In this document: positions 17,228-25,734 of the stretch, piece by piece | Numbering within the stretch: position 1 is the first letter of the stretch | Layout of the letters: every line of letters begins with the position of its first letter | Program-made: the position numbers and the translations under genes | Virus record (IMG/VR): IMGVR_UViG_3300020161_002811 | Span: 1-64,000 of that record | DNA length: 64,000 nucleotides | Origin: a virus | Lineage: Duplodnaviria > Caudoviricetes | Reading direction: 5' to 3' (one strand) | Notes under the pieces: model-generated | The model's input: the letters and a program-made list of their open reading frames with translations, nothing else | Told to the model about the DNA's origin: nothing | The model's database searches: none

Positions 17228-17422
17228 TCAGTTAACTAGTTGTTCGCGAGCTTCAATAGCAGAAATTCGCTCAATCTCTACATCGCTGCAGATGAGTTCT
17301 CCGGAAATACCAGAAGTGCGACGACCGTTGCTCATTGCAATTTTTTGAGCTTCAGCCTTATTATTTGCCTTAACTACTGATGTTGTTGTGACTGTGAAAT
17401 ACTTGAACTTATTGTCTGACAT
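17228..17422 (-). CDS. hypothetical protein
   Basis: ORF track; AAAGGA RBS. Confidence 0.75.
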   Translation of the reverse strand: MSDNKFKYFTVTTTSVVKANNKAEAQKIAMSNGRRTSGISGELICSDVEIERISAIEAREQLVN

Positions 17423-17438
17423 TTTAGTCCTTTCTAGA

Positions 17439-17843
17439 CTAATTTGATGGATAATTGACTGCGATATATTCTATCGCATCTTGCATTGATGGTGCAAGCT
17501 TTGTTGCCATGTATTTTAGGTAGACTCTATTTTTATTTGAGTCACAGCAAAAAACTACTGCTGGCTGATTGTTAAATTTAGCCCAAGCTAACTCAAAATC
17601 AGTACCTATATACGCGCGATCTTGTAACATATATTCTACCAGAATGATATCTGCTCTGCGTTGCATGAAAAGATTTTTTTCAACAATTTCTTCTGGTTCT
17701 TGATAACCCTCATCTATGATGGTAGTTGGATCCAAGACATCGTATCCCGCTAAATGCAAGCCCTTGGTTGCCGACTTACGCCAAAAGCGGCCATACTCTT
17801 CTACTCCCTCGATTGCTCCGGAAAGAAATACCTTAAGCGGCAT
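17439..17843 (-). CDS. nucleoside 2-deoxyribosyltransferase / nucleotide N-glycosidase-like protein
   Basis: KVFLSGAI, VLDP, ADIILV, GTDFELAWA (catalytic Glu position of the NDT/RCL family). Confidence 0.75.
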   Translation of the reverse strand: MPLKVFLSGAIEGVEEYGRFWRKSATKGLHLAGYDVLDPTTIIDEGYQEPEEIVEKNLFMQRRADIILVEYMLQDRAYIGTDFELAWAKFNNQPAVVFCCDSNKNRVYLKYMATKLAPSMQDAIEYIAVNYPSN

Positions 17844-18252
17844 ACGATACCCCTGGCCAATAATACTCTAAATCATTCGGTTCATCAAAATATTGTGAAT
17901 AATATCCAAAGTCTTTACGAAGAAGATTTGATCTATGAGATCTATGAAATTCTTCATTGCCAAACCAAAATGGCATAACCACTGAGTTTGGTTCTATTTC
18001 TTCATAGGACATATTGTTATTGTATCCTCTACGAACCCATTCCCGTATGGTTATATTTTGATAAAGCTTTAAAGCGGATTCATAACCAGTCCACATTAAG
18101 GTAACAGGGTGATTGCGCCATCCTTTAGTCTGAGTTCTATTCAATAGGACATTTAAAACTTGGAAACTTTCTACACGTTGTTTTCCAAGACGACGATAAT
18201 CTAATACTTCTACAGACTTTTGAAAATCTGCATATGGTAGAAATGTTTGCAC
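17833..18252 (-). CDS. MSMEG_6728-family / pyrimidine-dimer DNA glycosylase (DenV-like)
   Basis: MQTFLPY...LDYRRLGKQRVE...GWRNHP...MWTG...HRSHRSNLLRKD...YYWP. Confidence 0.85.
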   Translation of the reverse strand: MQTFLPYADFQKSVEVLDYRRLGKQRVESFQVLNVLLNRTQTKGWRNHPVTLMWTGYESALKLYQNITIREWVRRGYNNNMSYEEIEPNSVVMPFWFGNEEFHRSHRSNLLRKDFGYYSQYFDEPNDLEYYWPGVSYAA

Positions 18253-18253
18253 T

Positions 18254-18652
18254 TTAATCCTTTTTGAATTCGGTAAATGTTTTGTCGCCTACGCCAAAGT
18301 ATTCTCTAGCAAGACCAGATGCTATTATAGCATCATTTAAGCACTCTCCTGCTGCATTCCATACTCGAGCTAGAACTCTTCCATATTTTTCATTCTTATC
18401 AATGATAGTTTCTATTTTAACCTTATGGCTAGCGGCTGTTAACCATTGATCAGTAAATTCTTTTGCGGCTAGGCCCATTTTCTTTTCTTCAATATTCGTA
18501 GTGCGACTCTCTGGAGTATTTACCCCATAAAGACGAACTCTACCTCTTTTCAGAGTATCGAACCCTAGGTCAATAATAATATCAAATGTATCACCATCAA
18601 CAACTTTCTTTACTTCTGCATTATATATCCATGGATTTAATTTATCTACCAT
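18254..18652 (-). CDS. thermonuclease (SNase) family protein
   Basis: VVDGDTFD, RVRLYGVNTPE, EKYGRVLA; no signal peptide. Confidence 0.92.
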   Translation of the reverse strand: MVDKLNPWIYNAEVKKVVDGDTFDIIIDLGFDTLKRGRVRLYGVNTPESRTTNIEEKKMGLAAKEFTDQWLTAASHKVKIETIIDKNEKYGRVLARVWNAAGECLNDAIIASGLAREYFGVGDKTFTEFKKD

Positions 18653-18653
18653 C

Positions 18654-19445
18654 TTAATCTCTTTCTATTCCAATATAATCGCACGCATTGCGAAATATTG
18701 CCTGACTTGTTTTAAAGTGAGAATCTGCTTCGCCCCCAACAGTGGAAGACTTGTGCCAGCTATGGCCAATAGAAACGCTTCCATCGTATATAACGTTATA
18801 GCCTAAGTGTCTTGCAAAGTAAGAGCACCAAGTTTCTTCGTAATAGTGAGGGGTAGGGAGGAAAGCTCCTTCTGCGTTAGGATGCATCTCTCTGTAGCCT
18901 GGGTGATTAGTTAACGCATTCCAAACCTCTCTGCGGATAAAGTATGCCGAACCTGATACGGTAACGCATTCTACCCTATCTTTATACAAAACATCTCCTG
19001 GGTCGTGCTCGCGCCATCCTCGATGTCGTGGCTGTGTATTTGTGCCAACGATTCCTGCGTGAGTTATATATCCGTTTTCATCTCTTTGTTTCGGACCTAA
19101 AATATGGATATCTGGATTGTTATTAAATATATTTTGAATATTAACTAAACTCTCACTTGAGAGCCACACATCTGCGTTTAACAGGCAGATTATATCTGCT
19201 TCCCCGTCTTTAGCTAATTGATTACAAGCGGCTGAATATCCTATATTTTTATTATTGTATACCTTATTGATTTTATATCTTTCAGAATTGTACTTAAGCC
19301 ATTCTGCGCTATCGTCTTTTGAATCGTTATCAGCTATATATAAATTCCATACTTTTTCATTTGCATGCAGGTCGTTATGTAAACAGTCTAGAAATCTATT
19401 AAGTAAGGGCCTAGTATTGTAATTAACTACACATAAATCTATCAA
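18654..19445 (-). CDS. glycosyltransferase family 2 (WbbL-like)
   Basis: CVVNYNT, IADNDSKD, NIGYSAACNQ, CLLNAD, VSGSAYFIRR, YYEET, GHSWHKS. Confidence 0.9.
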   Translation of the reverse strand: MIDLCVVNYNTRPLLNRFLDCLHNDLHANEKVWNLYIADNDSKDDSAEWLKYNSERYKINKVYNNKNIGYSAACNQLAKDGEADIICLLNADVWLSSESLVNIQNIFNNNPDIHILGPKQRDENGYITHAGIVGTNTQPRHRGWREHDPGDVLYKDRVECVTVSGSAYFIRREVWNALTNHPGYREMHPNAEGAFLPTPHYYEETWCSYFARHLGYNVIYDGSVSIGHSWHKSSTVGGEADSHFKTSQAIFRNACDYIGIERD

Positions 19446-19699
19446 TTTAGTTCTCCGCTAAAAGTAATTGCCTCAAAGGCCATTGCCGGACTCATTCCAA
19501 AGTCAATTAAATTAAAAAATTCTTGTTCAATACTTTCTATTTTATCTTCATTAAAAAATTCTTTAAATCTATTTAGATATTGATGTAATGTTGGATTTTT
19601 TCTGTGTTCTTCTGACATTTTCTTTGACCTATTTTGACCTAATGCATATCCAATTGCAAGTAAATTAACAAAAAAAAATAACTTATTACCACTCTTCAT
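19442..19699 (-). CDS. small protein with N-terminal hydrophobic anchor
   Basis: ORF track (to 19720); likely start MKSGNK at 19699; LFFFVNLLAIGYALG. Confidence 0.65.
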   Translation of the reverse strand: MKSGNKLFFFVNLLAIGYALGQNRSKKMSEEHRKNPTLHQYLNRFKEFFNEDKIESIEQEFFNLIDFGMSPAMAFEAITFSGELN

Positions 19700-19919
19700 A
19701 GTCATCATCCGTAGAGTCAAAATAATTTTCTATGGCTTGCATTCTAACGGTGTCAGCTACTCTTCTGAAGGACTCTGCATGTTCGTTTTCATTTTCATTA
19801 GCGAGGTAATCATATGTTTCAGCGATATGCATAGCTGTTTCGTAGTCTATTACTATGGCAGTATCTCCAATTGATAGTTTGACGCTTAGCTTTTTTTTGT
19901 TATTCTGTTTCTTTGACAT
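19686..19919 (-). CDS. hypothetical protein
   Basis: ORF track; overlapping operon packing. Confidence 0.7.
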   Translation of the reverse strand: MSKKQNNKKKLSVKLSIGDTAIVIDYETAMHIAETYDYLANENENEHAESFRRVADTVRMQAIENYFDSTDDDYEEW

Positions 19920-20118
19920 TAATTTCTTCCTTATTATTTACTCTATGTATTGCAAGATTATCGGTATCTGGCTCAAATGTTACAAAAAAGATATTCTTAT
20001 CCTCTAAGGAATAACCTTCAGGAGGAGGGCTATCTAATGCTATTTTCTTGGAAGAGGAACCATAGACTTGACTGTGATTTTTGTATACTACTAAATAATT
20101 TAACTTAGCTGCTGGCAT
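19900..20118 (-). CDS. hypothetical protein
   Basis: ORF track; GGAGG RBS. Confidence 0.7.
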   Translation of the reverse strand: MPAAKLNYLVVYKNHSQVYGSSSKKIALDSPPPEGYSLEDKNIFFVTFEPDTDNLAIHRVNNKEEINVKETE

Positions 20119-20560
20119 GGTTCGCCTCCAAAACTTCTACGGAACACTCAGACAAAAACTTCTTCACTTTAGGCCATTCTTTATAGGACTGATCGGATAG
20201 GCAATAGACTGTATCTACTGTTGAGTTAGCGATTAGTTTAGCACAAGAGAAGCACGGTGGTCCATTGATGTACATTTTTTTTGCTCTTGAGGAATAGTCA
20301 GAGTGCAGTAATGCATTTGCTTCTGCGTGAATTGCTATACAATTATCATAGATGGAACCATTTTCGGAACCCTCTGTTAGTCTGGGGCATCCGCCCTGAT
20401 CACAGTGAGTCACTCCACTGGGGCCACCGTTATAGCCAACTCCAACTATATGTCCATACTCATCTACTAAAATAGCAGCGTACTTTCTTTTAGCGCACGT
20501 TGAAAATATCTTAGATATGGAGCTACATAACTCCATGTATTGTTCATCTTTTCTATTCAT
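20105..20560 (-). CDS. dCMP deaminase
   Basis: GYNGGPSG, HAEANAL, PPCFSC (Zn-binding CMP/dCMP deaminase motifs). Confidence 0.92.
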   Translation of the reverse strand: MNRKDEQYMELCSSISKIFSTCAKRKYAAILVDEYGHIVGVGYNGGPSGVTHCDQGGCPRLTEGSENGSIYDNCIAIHAEANALLHSDYSSRAKKMYINGPPCFSCAKLIANSTVDTVYCLSDQSYKEWPKVKKFLSECSVEVLEANHASS

Positions 20561-20567
20561 TAGACTA

Positions 20568-20726
20568 TTACTTTACCATTAAGGCTGCAACTATGCCTGA
20601 AACTAGACATAAAAGAATTGCAACTGTTTTTTCTTTTCCTTTTGGAAGAGATTGATTTAAAATTTGAAGTGACACGCACCAATTAATAACAAAAGTAAAT
20701 ACTAAGATTTTTAATATGTCAATCAT
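20568..20726 (-). CDS. 52-aa two-TM membrane protein
   Basis: Hand-translated: MIDILKILVFTFVINWCVSLQILNQSLPKGKEKTVAILLCLVSGIVAALMVK; GAGG RBS; fills the gap. Confidence 0.7.
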   Translation of the reverse strand: MIDILKILVFTFVINWCVSLQILNQSLPKGKEKTVAILLCLVSGIVAALMVK

Positions 20727-20727
20727 G

Positions 20728-21429
20728 CTAACCTCTAGTTAGGAGTTCTATGCAGATTGGGAATTTATCCATAATAAGAGTATGTATCGCTCTTGCATAT
20801 TCCTGTATTTCTTTTTGCGAATCTTCTGCTAATCTCTGATTTAGGAAAAGAGCTACAGATTGTAGGCTAGCAGACCATCGGTATATAACATGCATTCCAT
20901 AGGCTGGTAAAAATAATCTAGCTTGTTCTGCCGCAACACCATTCTGCATAGCCATAGAGTAAAGTGCTTCACCTTGAGCAATATAATCCTGTAATTGCTG
21001 AGTTAAAAGTGATCCTGTCCATGGGTCTATTGGTCCACCAGATCCTTGCTTTTTATTATCCGGAGCCAAGCGCCATTGCTCATTGGTCGGAATGTAGAAC
21101 TCCGGATCCATAGTAATATATCTTCTACTAGACTCATTCCATGAGTCCATTGTGTGATCAGAGCCTACTACATACTTCCAGTGCTGACGAGCAACCATGA
21201 GAGGAGCCTTCATTTCAAACGTCATAAAAGCGTGACGAAATGGAGACATATGATTTTCTCTTACTAGAAAATCCAACAGTCTTCCATCGTTGACTGTCAT
21301 TTCCTTAGATTCTTTAGCAAATGATGCTCTTGCGGCATTTACGACAGATAGGTCGGAACCCATAACGTCAACTAATCTAACGTATCCGTTATTTAATACC
21401 GTAATTAATTTATCTTCATTCTGTTCCAT
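20728..21429 (-). CDS. thyX: FAD-dependent thymidylate synthase
   Basis: VVNAARASF, HMSPFRH, VARQHWKY, WNESSRRY, EQARLFLP, QKEIQEYA. Confidence 0.95.
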   Translation of the reverse strand: MEQNEDKLITVLNNGYVRLVDVMGSDLSVVNAARASFAKESKEMTVNDGRLLDFLVRENHMSPFRHAFMTFEMKAPLMVARQHWKYVVGSDHTMDSWNESSRRYITMDPEFYIPTNEQWRLAPDNKKQGSGGPIDPWTGSLLTQQLQDYIAQGEALYSMAMQNGVAAEQARLFLPAYGMHVIYRWSASLQSVALFLNQRLAEDSQKEIQEYARAIHTLIMDKFPICIELLTRG

Positions 21430-21772
21430 CTTCAAAATCCTCATCTTCATCATCAATGATTGTAAAAGAGATAAAGTTATCTGTCATGCAATCATTAAAA
21501 TCTTCTGATATTTTATACAACGAACCAAGTATATCAGATATTTCGCTATCTGGCTCTCCGAGCATATTTTCTCCGTCCAGAGAAGCTATGATCACTTCTG
21601 TGATATTGGAAATATTATCAGCTAGCGCCTGTTGAATTAATAGCAGTTCTTTTGTCCCGAGCTTTACCTCGGTAGCAAAAGAATCTGATATCTCTTTTAG
21701 TTCATTAGAATTAACTATTTCAGAAAATTTCTTTTCAAAGTCTTCATTTTCAAACTCATTTTTTTCGGACAT
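21416..21772 (-). CDS. acidic hypothetical protein
   Basis: ORF track (to 21811); likely start MSEKNE at 21772. Confidence 0.7.
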   Translation of the reverse strand: MSEKNEFENEDFEKKFSEIVNSNELKEISDSFATEVKLGTKELLLIQQALADNISNITEVIIASLDGENMLGEPDSEISDILGSLYKISEDFNDCMTDNFISFTIIDDEDEDFEDGTE

Positions 21773-21776
21773 AGTA

Positions 21777-23711
21777 TCACTTGATCGGGCAAGCTCCGCC
21801 TTCACACTCAAGACTATCTATTAAATCCACATTGCCAAAATCGGTGAAGTTAATTCCATCTTTAATTTTTGACTTTAGTTTATTATACATTTCTTCAGTT
21901 ATTTCTTCATATGGAGCAAGAGTAAAACCATGCTCACTATGTAACAAGAATGATACTGACTTCACTTTATTCTTATAATTCTTTTTCATCCACTCTTGTA
22001 TTTCTGGCAATTCTTCTTTCTTGTAATAAACGGTAACGCTTACGTTGTTATCCGCCCATGCTGATTGGGCCTTAACTACCCATTCAAGTTGATCGATTGC
22101 AGTTATTTGACCTGCAAGCGTAGCGTGCTCGGGAGTTTTGCACGGGAAATCAACAACGCAAATCGTATGATTTTCTTTGCCATCTAAGCCTACATCGTAC
22201 TGAACCTTGTGTCCTTTGTCTCTACAGTAATTCACTAGTGGATCATTACTGCCCATGCGTACGCGACGAATATAATATTGTGCGTAAGCCGGATGGATGC
22301 CAGGTGTTACCCCAGCTAGCAGACTTAAGGTGCCACTTGGCTTTACTGTTGTTAACTTAATTGACTTATTTATCCCTAGCGTAGCGGACCACTTTTCGTC
22401 AATCTGCTTAAGGTTTTTATATGCTTCATCAATCCATGACAACTGCTCTTCTGTGGCCTGCAGCCAACCTGTAATGCCCTGGCCTAATCTTCGATTTTTC
22501 TCGATTACATCTTGACTCTTCTTATATGGATAGGCCAATGTTGTTATTGCCTTTTGAGTCTTATAGAGCAGCATACTCACGTCAAATAACTCTTCCTTTG
22601 AAGTGATATTGGGAAGGAAAATTTCAGCTAAATTACAGGGTTCTCCATCCTCTAAGCCGATTTCGCCACAAGGATTAGTTCCAATGACTTTTGAGTCATT
22701 AGCCTTTTCTCCCAATCTGCCATTCTTGCGAATAAGATTTCTATTGATCAAACCATAGGGTTCGCCTGAGCCGTCATAGCCTTTCCAGAATTCGTCAATA
22801 ATCTCTTCGTACGCGTCGGCATAGATTGAATTATTTGAGTTGCCACGCCAAGCGGGAATGTCACCCTTGCCCCAATTCTTCGCCTTTAAGAAAAGGAAAT
22901 CATCAGGGTCTCCGATAGCTATTTGAGCAGATCTTCGAGCAGAGCCAGCTACAACTATCTTTCCGATGATATTAGCTATGTCTAATGCGTCGATTGAGCG
23001 AATCTTTTTTCCGATGCGAGAATTTAGAATATCACAAATATTCTTAATGCCCTCGATAAGAACTTCGGGACCAGAGGCTGTTCCTCCAAACGTTTTCAAT
23101 GGTGCGCCATACCCTCTAACTAGAATGGTACTGTAAGTAAACGATTCGCCAGTTTCAAAATAGCTTCTCAAAACTTTTCCGAGCAGTGCCGACCAACCTT
23201 TTCTTGAGTCGCCAACGATAAAGTCGGCGTCGTTGGTTTTTTCATGTCGAATAAATTGAACATTTTGAACCTTGGGGAAGTCGTGAACATTTGCTCGCTC
23301 TACGGTGAAACCAACGCCACCACCCACCATTAAATGATCCATTAAGAATTGGAAGTCTTCTACCTTGGAGATTGTTGTCATCCAACAGTTTACCAAGGAG
23401 ACGCCACTCATCTGCTCCACTAAAGGCGTGCCCAATTGCCATAGGCAACGTCCGGCAAATATGCCCTTAAGATTAAAAATATAATCGAACAGTCTTTCTG
23501 CCTCTTCCTCTGTATAGCCTGCGCCTATTTTCTGAGCGCCGTCTATACAACGTGCTATTGTCTCATGCCAATATTCTTTTCTACCTAAGGACTCTATTTC
23601 TCTAGAATAGGTTCTCCGATATACTATTTCCCCTAGACCATTAAATCCCCAAGGAGCTACCTTGTTTGCATATGAGTTTATAAAGTCTTTAGAAAGAATA
23701 CTGTTTTCCAT
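21777..23711 (-). CDS. nrdJ: class II (adenosylcobalamin-dependent) ribonucleotide reductase, monomeric type
   Basis: LVNCW, GGGVG, GSARRSAQI, TNPCGEI, CNLAE, TTVKPSGT, C-terminal CEGGACPIK. Confidence 0.93.
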   Translation of the reverse strand: MENSILSKDFINSYANKVAPWGFNGLGEIVYRRTYSREIESLGRKEYWHETIARCIDGAQKIGAGYTEEEAERLFDYIFNLKGIFAGRCLWQLGTPLVEQMSGVSLVNCWMTTISKVEDFQFLMDHLMVGGGVGFTVERANVHDFPKVQNVQFIRHEKTNDADFIVGDSRKGWSALLGKVLRSYFETGESFTYSTILVRGYGAPLKTFGGTASGPEVLIEGIKNICDILNSRIGKKIRSIDALDIANIIGKIVVAGSARRSAQIAIGDPDDFLFLKAKNWGKGDIPAWRGNSNNSIYADAYEEIIDEFWKGYDGSGEPYGLINRNLIRKNGRLGEKANDSKVIGTNPCGEIGLEDGEPCNLAEIFLPNITSKEELFDVSMLLYKTQKAITTLAYPYKKSQDVIEKNRRLGQGITGWLQATEEQLSWIDEAYKNLKQIDEKWSATLGINKSIKLTTVKPSGTLSLLAGVTPGIHPAYAQYYIRRVRMGSNDPLVNYCRDKGHKVQYDVGLDGKENHTICVVDFPCKTPEHATLAGQITAIDQLEWVVKAQSAWADNNVSVTVYYKKEELPEIQEWMKKNYKNKVKSVSFLLHSEHGFTLAPYEEITEEMYNKLKSKIKDGINFTDFGNVDLIDSLECEGGACPIK

Positions 23712-24429
23712 TTTTATCTCCTGAGTTGATTTCTATTGTTTTTATGTATTTATTACTAGTTTTAGCTAATTCAGCTAATTTTATTTTCTTAATTTGTTCT
23801 ACTGAATAGACTTTGTGTATTTGCTTTTCAAAAAAGTAACCGCTTCTCCAGTTGAAAACTTTATCCACATTTGATTTATGGTTAATGAATATGTTACATA
23901 TAACAGCTCCACCGTATGCCTTGACTAGATTAGTCAGCTTGGCATTTAATAGTGATGTGTCTATCTTAGACATGTCTTCGATCTCTTCAGCTTTTTGATA
24001 TAACCAATTATAGGCCTGTCTTGTAATCGGAGATATGTCTATCGGATCTATTATACCTAATCTTATGATTTCATTTCTTGTTTCATTAATTTTTATGTCT
24101 TCTTTTAAGATATCTAGGTAAAGACTAAACCAATCATTCTTGCCGAATTGAGCCCATCCTGTGCACCAAAATAATAGATTAGTGGCTGGATCGGGGATAG
24201 TTGTTTTTTCCATCAGAGGAAGTATAGTAGCACAGCTGATTGCCTTCTTCACATGCTCTTTTGCAGCTTCTTGATTCTGTATTTTATTAATAGAATTTTT
24301 CCATAAGGTTGCTATTGCGTCCTGCCAAGACACATCCGCAACATAGAGCTTAAGGTACTTTTCTGCAACGTTAATGGGTAGCGAGTTGTTATCGATAGCC
24401 TGTTGCACTTCTTGTATAGACATCATCAA
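23689..24429 (-). CDS. hypothetical helical protein, first gene of the replication/metabolism block
   Basis: ORF track; AAGGA RBS. Confidence 0.8.
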   Translation of the reverse strand: MMMSIQEVQQAIDNNSLPINVAEKYLKLYVADVSWQDAIATLWKNSINKIQNQEAAKEHVKKAISCATILPLMEKTTIPDPATNLLFWCTGWAQFGKNDWFSLYLDILKEDIKINETRNEIIRLGIIDPIDISPITRQAYNWLYQKAEEIEDMSKIDTSLLNAKLTNLVKAYGGAVICNIFINHKSNVDKVFNWRSGYFFEKQIHKVYSVEQIKKIKLAELAKTSNKYIKTIEINSGDKNGKQYSF

Positions 24430-24485
24430 TCCTTAATAGTTCCAGATAAAATTATGTAAACATATATACTTGTCCAGGGAAACAG

Positions 24486-24514
24486 ACAACCCCGCCTCAT
24501 GTGGACGGGGTTGT
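24486..24514. terminator. GC-rich hairpin at the late/early module boundary (terminator or attenuator)
   Basis: ACAACCCCG...CGGGGTTGT stem; weak U-tract. Confidence 0.6.
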
Positions 24515-24540
24515 TGTAACAATGGCTTTCTCATTCCTGC

Positions 24541-24549
24541 ATTATAGCA
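24541..24549 (-). promoter_or_regulatory. extended -10 promoter TGcTATAAT
   Basis: Read directly on the minus strand in the intergenic region; no clear -35. Confidence 0.55.
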
Positions 24550-24577
24550 TGAGAGTACCAGATTATGTTCTATTGAC

Positions 24578-24778
24578 TTAGTCTTTTATTGTTGCTGCGC
24601 TTTCAGGATTACCCATTTTCGTTGCAACTAAACCTTTAACTACACTTATTGCTGCTGCGACTGCAGCTGTGGCTGCTGACTTGATTTCGTCAACACCACC
24701 TACTGTATAGACAGCAATAAAAGCTTGCGCTGCTGTCCAAATAGCTCTTTCTAAAATATCTTTTTGTAATTTATTCAT
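24578..24778 (-). CDS. putative holin, r1t-type
   Basis: KDILERAIWTAAQAFIA...AATAAVAAAISVVKGL matches the ERA(V/I)xTxAQ pattern of r1t-family holins; two hydrophobic segments. Confidence 0.75.
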   Translation of the reverse strand: MNKLQKDILERAIWTAAQAFIAVYTVGGVDEIKSAATAAVAAAISVVKGLVATKMGNPESAATIKD

Positions 24779-24788
24779 GGTACCTACC

Positions 24789-25133
24789 TTAGGAAAAATT
24801 CTTTCTAATTAGCTTCTCTATAAGAAGATGAAAAGTTAAACCTAGCCACACTCCTGTGAATATACTTCCTGTTATTTTATTTTCTGTATGCCTCCAAAAA
24901 GCTCGAGTTAGTGTCTCGATTTTTTTGGACTTTATAGCATATATGTCATACGCTATAATCCCAAGGGCTAAACCGCCCCAAGCTATGGTCCCACTTTTTT
25001 TATCATCTTTTTCTAAGATGAGCGGGGTGCCAAATATTTTAGAGAGCTTTAGCGGAAGGAACTCCATTGAATTCTTTGACCTTTTCGCGACCGTAATCTC
25101 CAGTAGTATTTGCCTGACCATAACCAGCAACAA
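24789..25133 (-). CDS. small two-TM membrane protein, possible lysis accessory
   Basis: AWGGLALGIIAYDIY, ETLTRAFWRH, GVWLGLTFHL; true start probably near 25067. Confidence 0.65.
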   Translation of the reverse strand: MLLVMVRQILLEITVAKRSKNSMEFLPLKLSKIFGTPLILEKDDKKSGTIAWGGLALGIIAYDIYAIKSKKIETLTRAFWRHTENKITGSIFTGVWLGLTFHLLIEKLIRKNFS

Positions 25134-25671
25134 ATACTACAGTACTTGTGACACCATTAAATCGACTTGGCTGAAAGAATCCGAATGAAGCCGGTGCGCC
25201 AGCAGCATCTGTGCGCTGAGCATGGCCGGTGTTCGCAAAAATATTAGCAGAAGGGACGCCGTCGAATATGAAATTATCATATAGGGCATAGTCATTGAGT
25301 CTATTGTATGCGTGTCCGAAGGTTGAAGGGAATGCAGATGCGCCAGCTAAGCCTTTATACTCTTTCGGCTTGAATCTAGCTCCATCATATGTTGCAGAAC
25401 CGTCAGGGAACGTGCCAGAAAGAGGATGTACATATAGCGTAGATCCGTTAAATAACTGGGACAGGAATCTGTTTCCAGGGAACTGACCGGTGCCAGGAGC
25501 AAAATGATTGTCTGGCGCACCATCTAGAACGTGACTGGTGCTATATAGTGGATAAAAAGAATATGTACCAGTGCCCTTGGCTTTGCCGGTCATTGAGACA
25601 TATGGGTTAACCATTCCAGCTGTTGTTCTGCCCTTTAATACTGGTCTGGGCCCTTGGTAAAACGTTGCCAT
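25039..25671 (-). CDS. Gly/Pro/aromatic-rich hypothetical protein, probably virion-associated
   Basis: ORF track; AAGGAG RBS; TACTATA motif 33 nt upstream. Confidence 0.75.
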   Translation of the reverse strand: MATFYQGPRPVLKGRTTAGMVNPYVSMTGKAKGTGTYSFYPLYSTSHVLDGAPDNHFAPGTGQFPGNRFLSQLFNGSTLYVHPLSGTFPDGSATYDGARFKPKEYKGLAGASAFPSTFGHAYNRLNDYALYDNFIFDGVPSANIFANTGHAQRTDAAGAPASFGFFQPSRFNGVTSTVVFVAGYGQANTTGDYGREKVKEFNGVPSAKAL

Positions 25672-25703
25672 TTATTTTCTCCTTATAAAAAGATACGTGT
25701 CTT

Positions 25704-25711
25704 TATAGTAC
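25704..25711 (-). promoter_or_regulatory. candidate late promoter motif GTACTATA
   Basis: Intergenic, 33 nt upstream of the ATG at 25671. Confidence 0.5.
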
Positions 25712-25734
25712 ACCCAAAATGTTTTTTTTAAACC

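Noticed and set aside
7376-23711. Inteins or introns in dnaE, dnaB, nrdJ
   Set aside because: Protein lengths are normal, motifs are contiguous, and I saw no C/S...HN splice ends or LAGLIDADG blocks.
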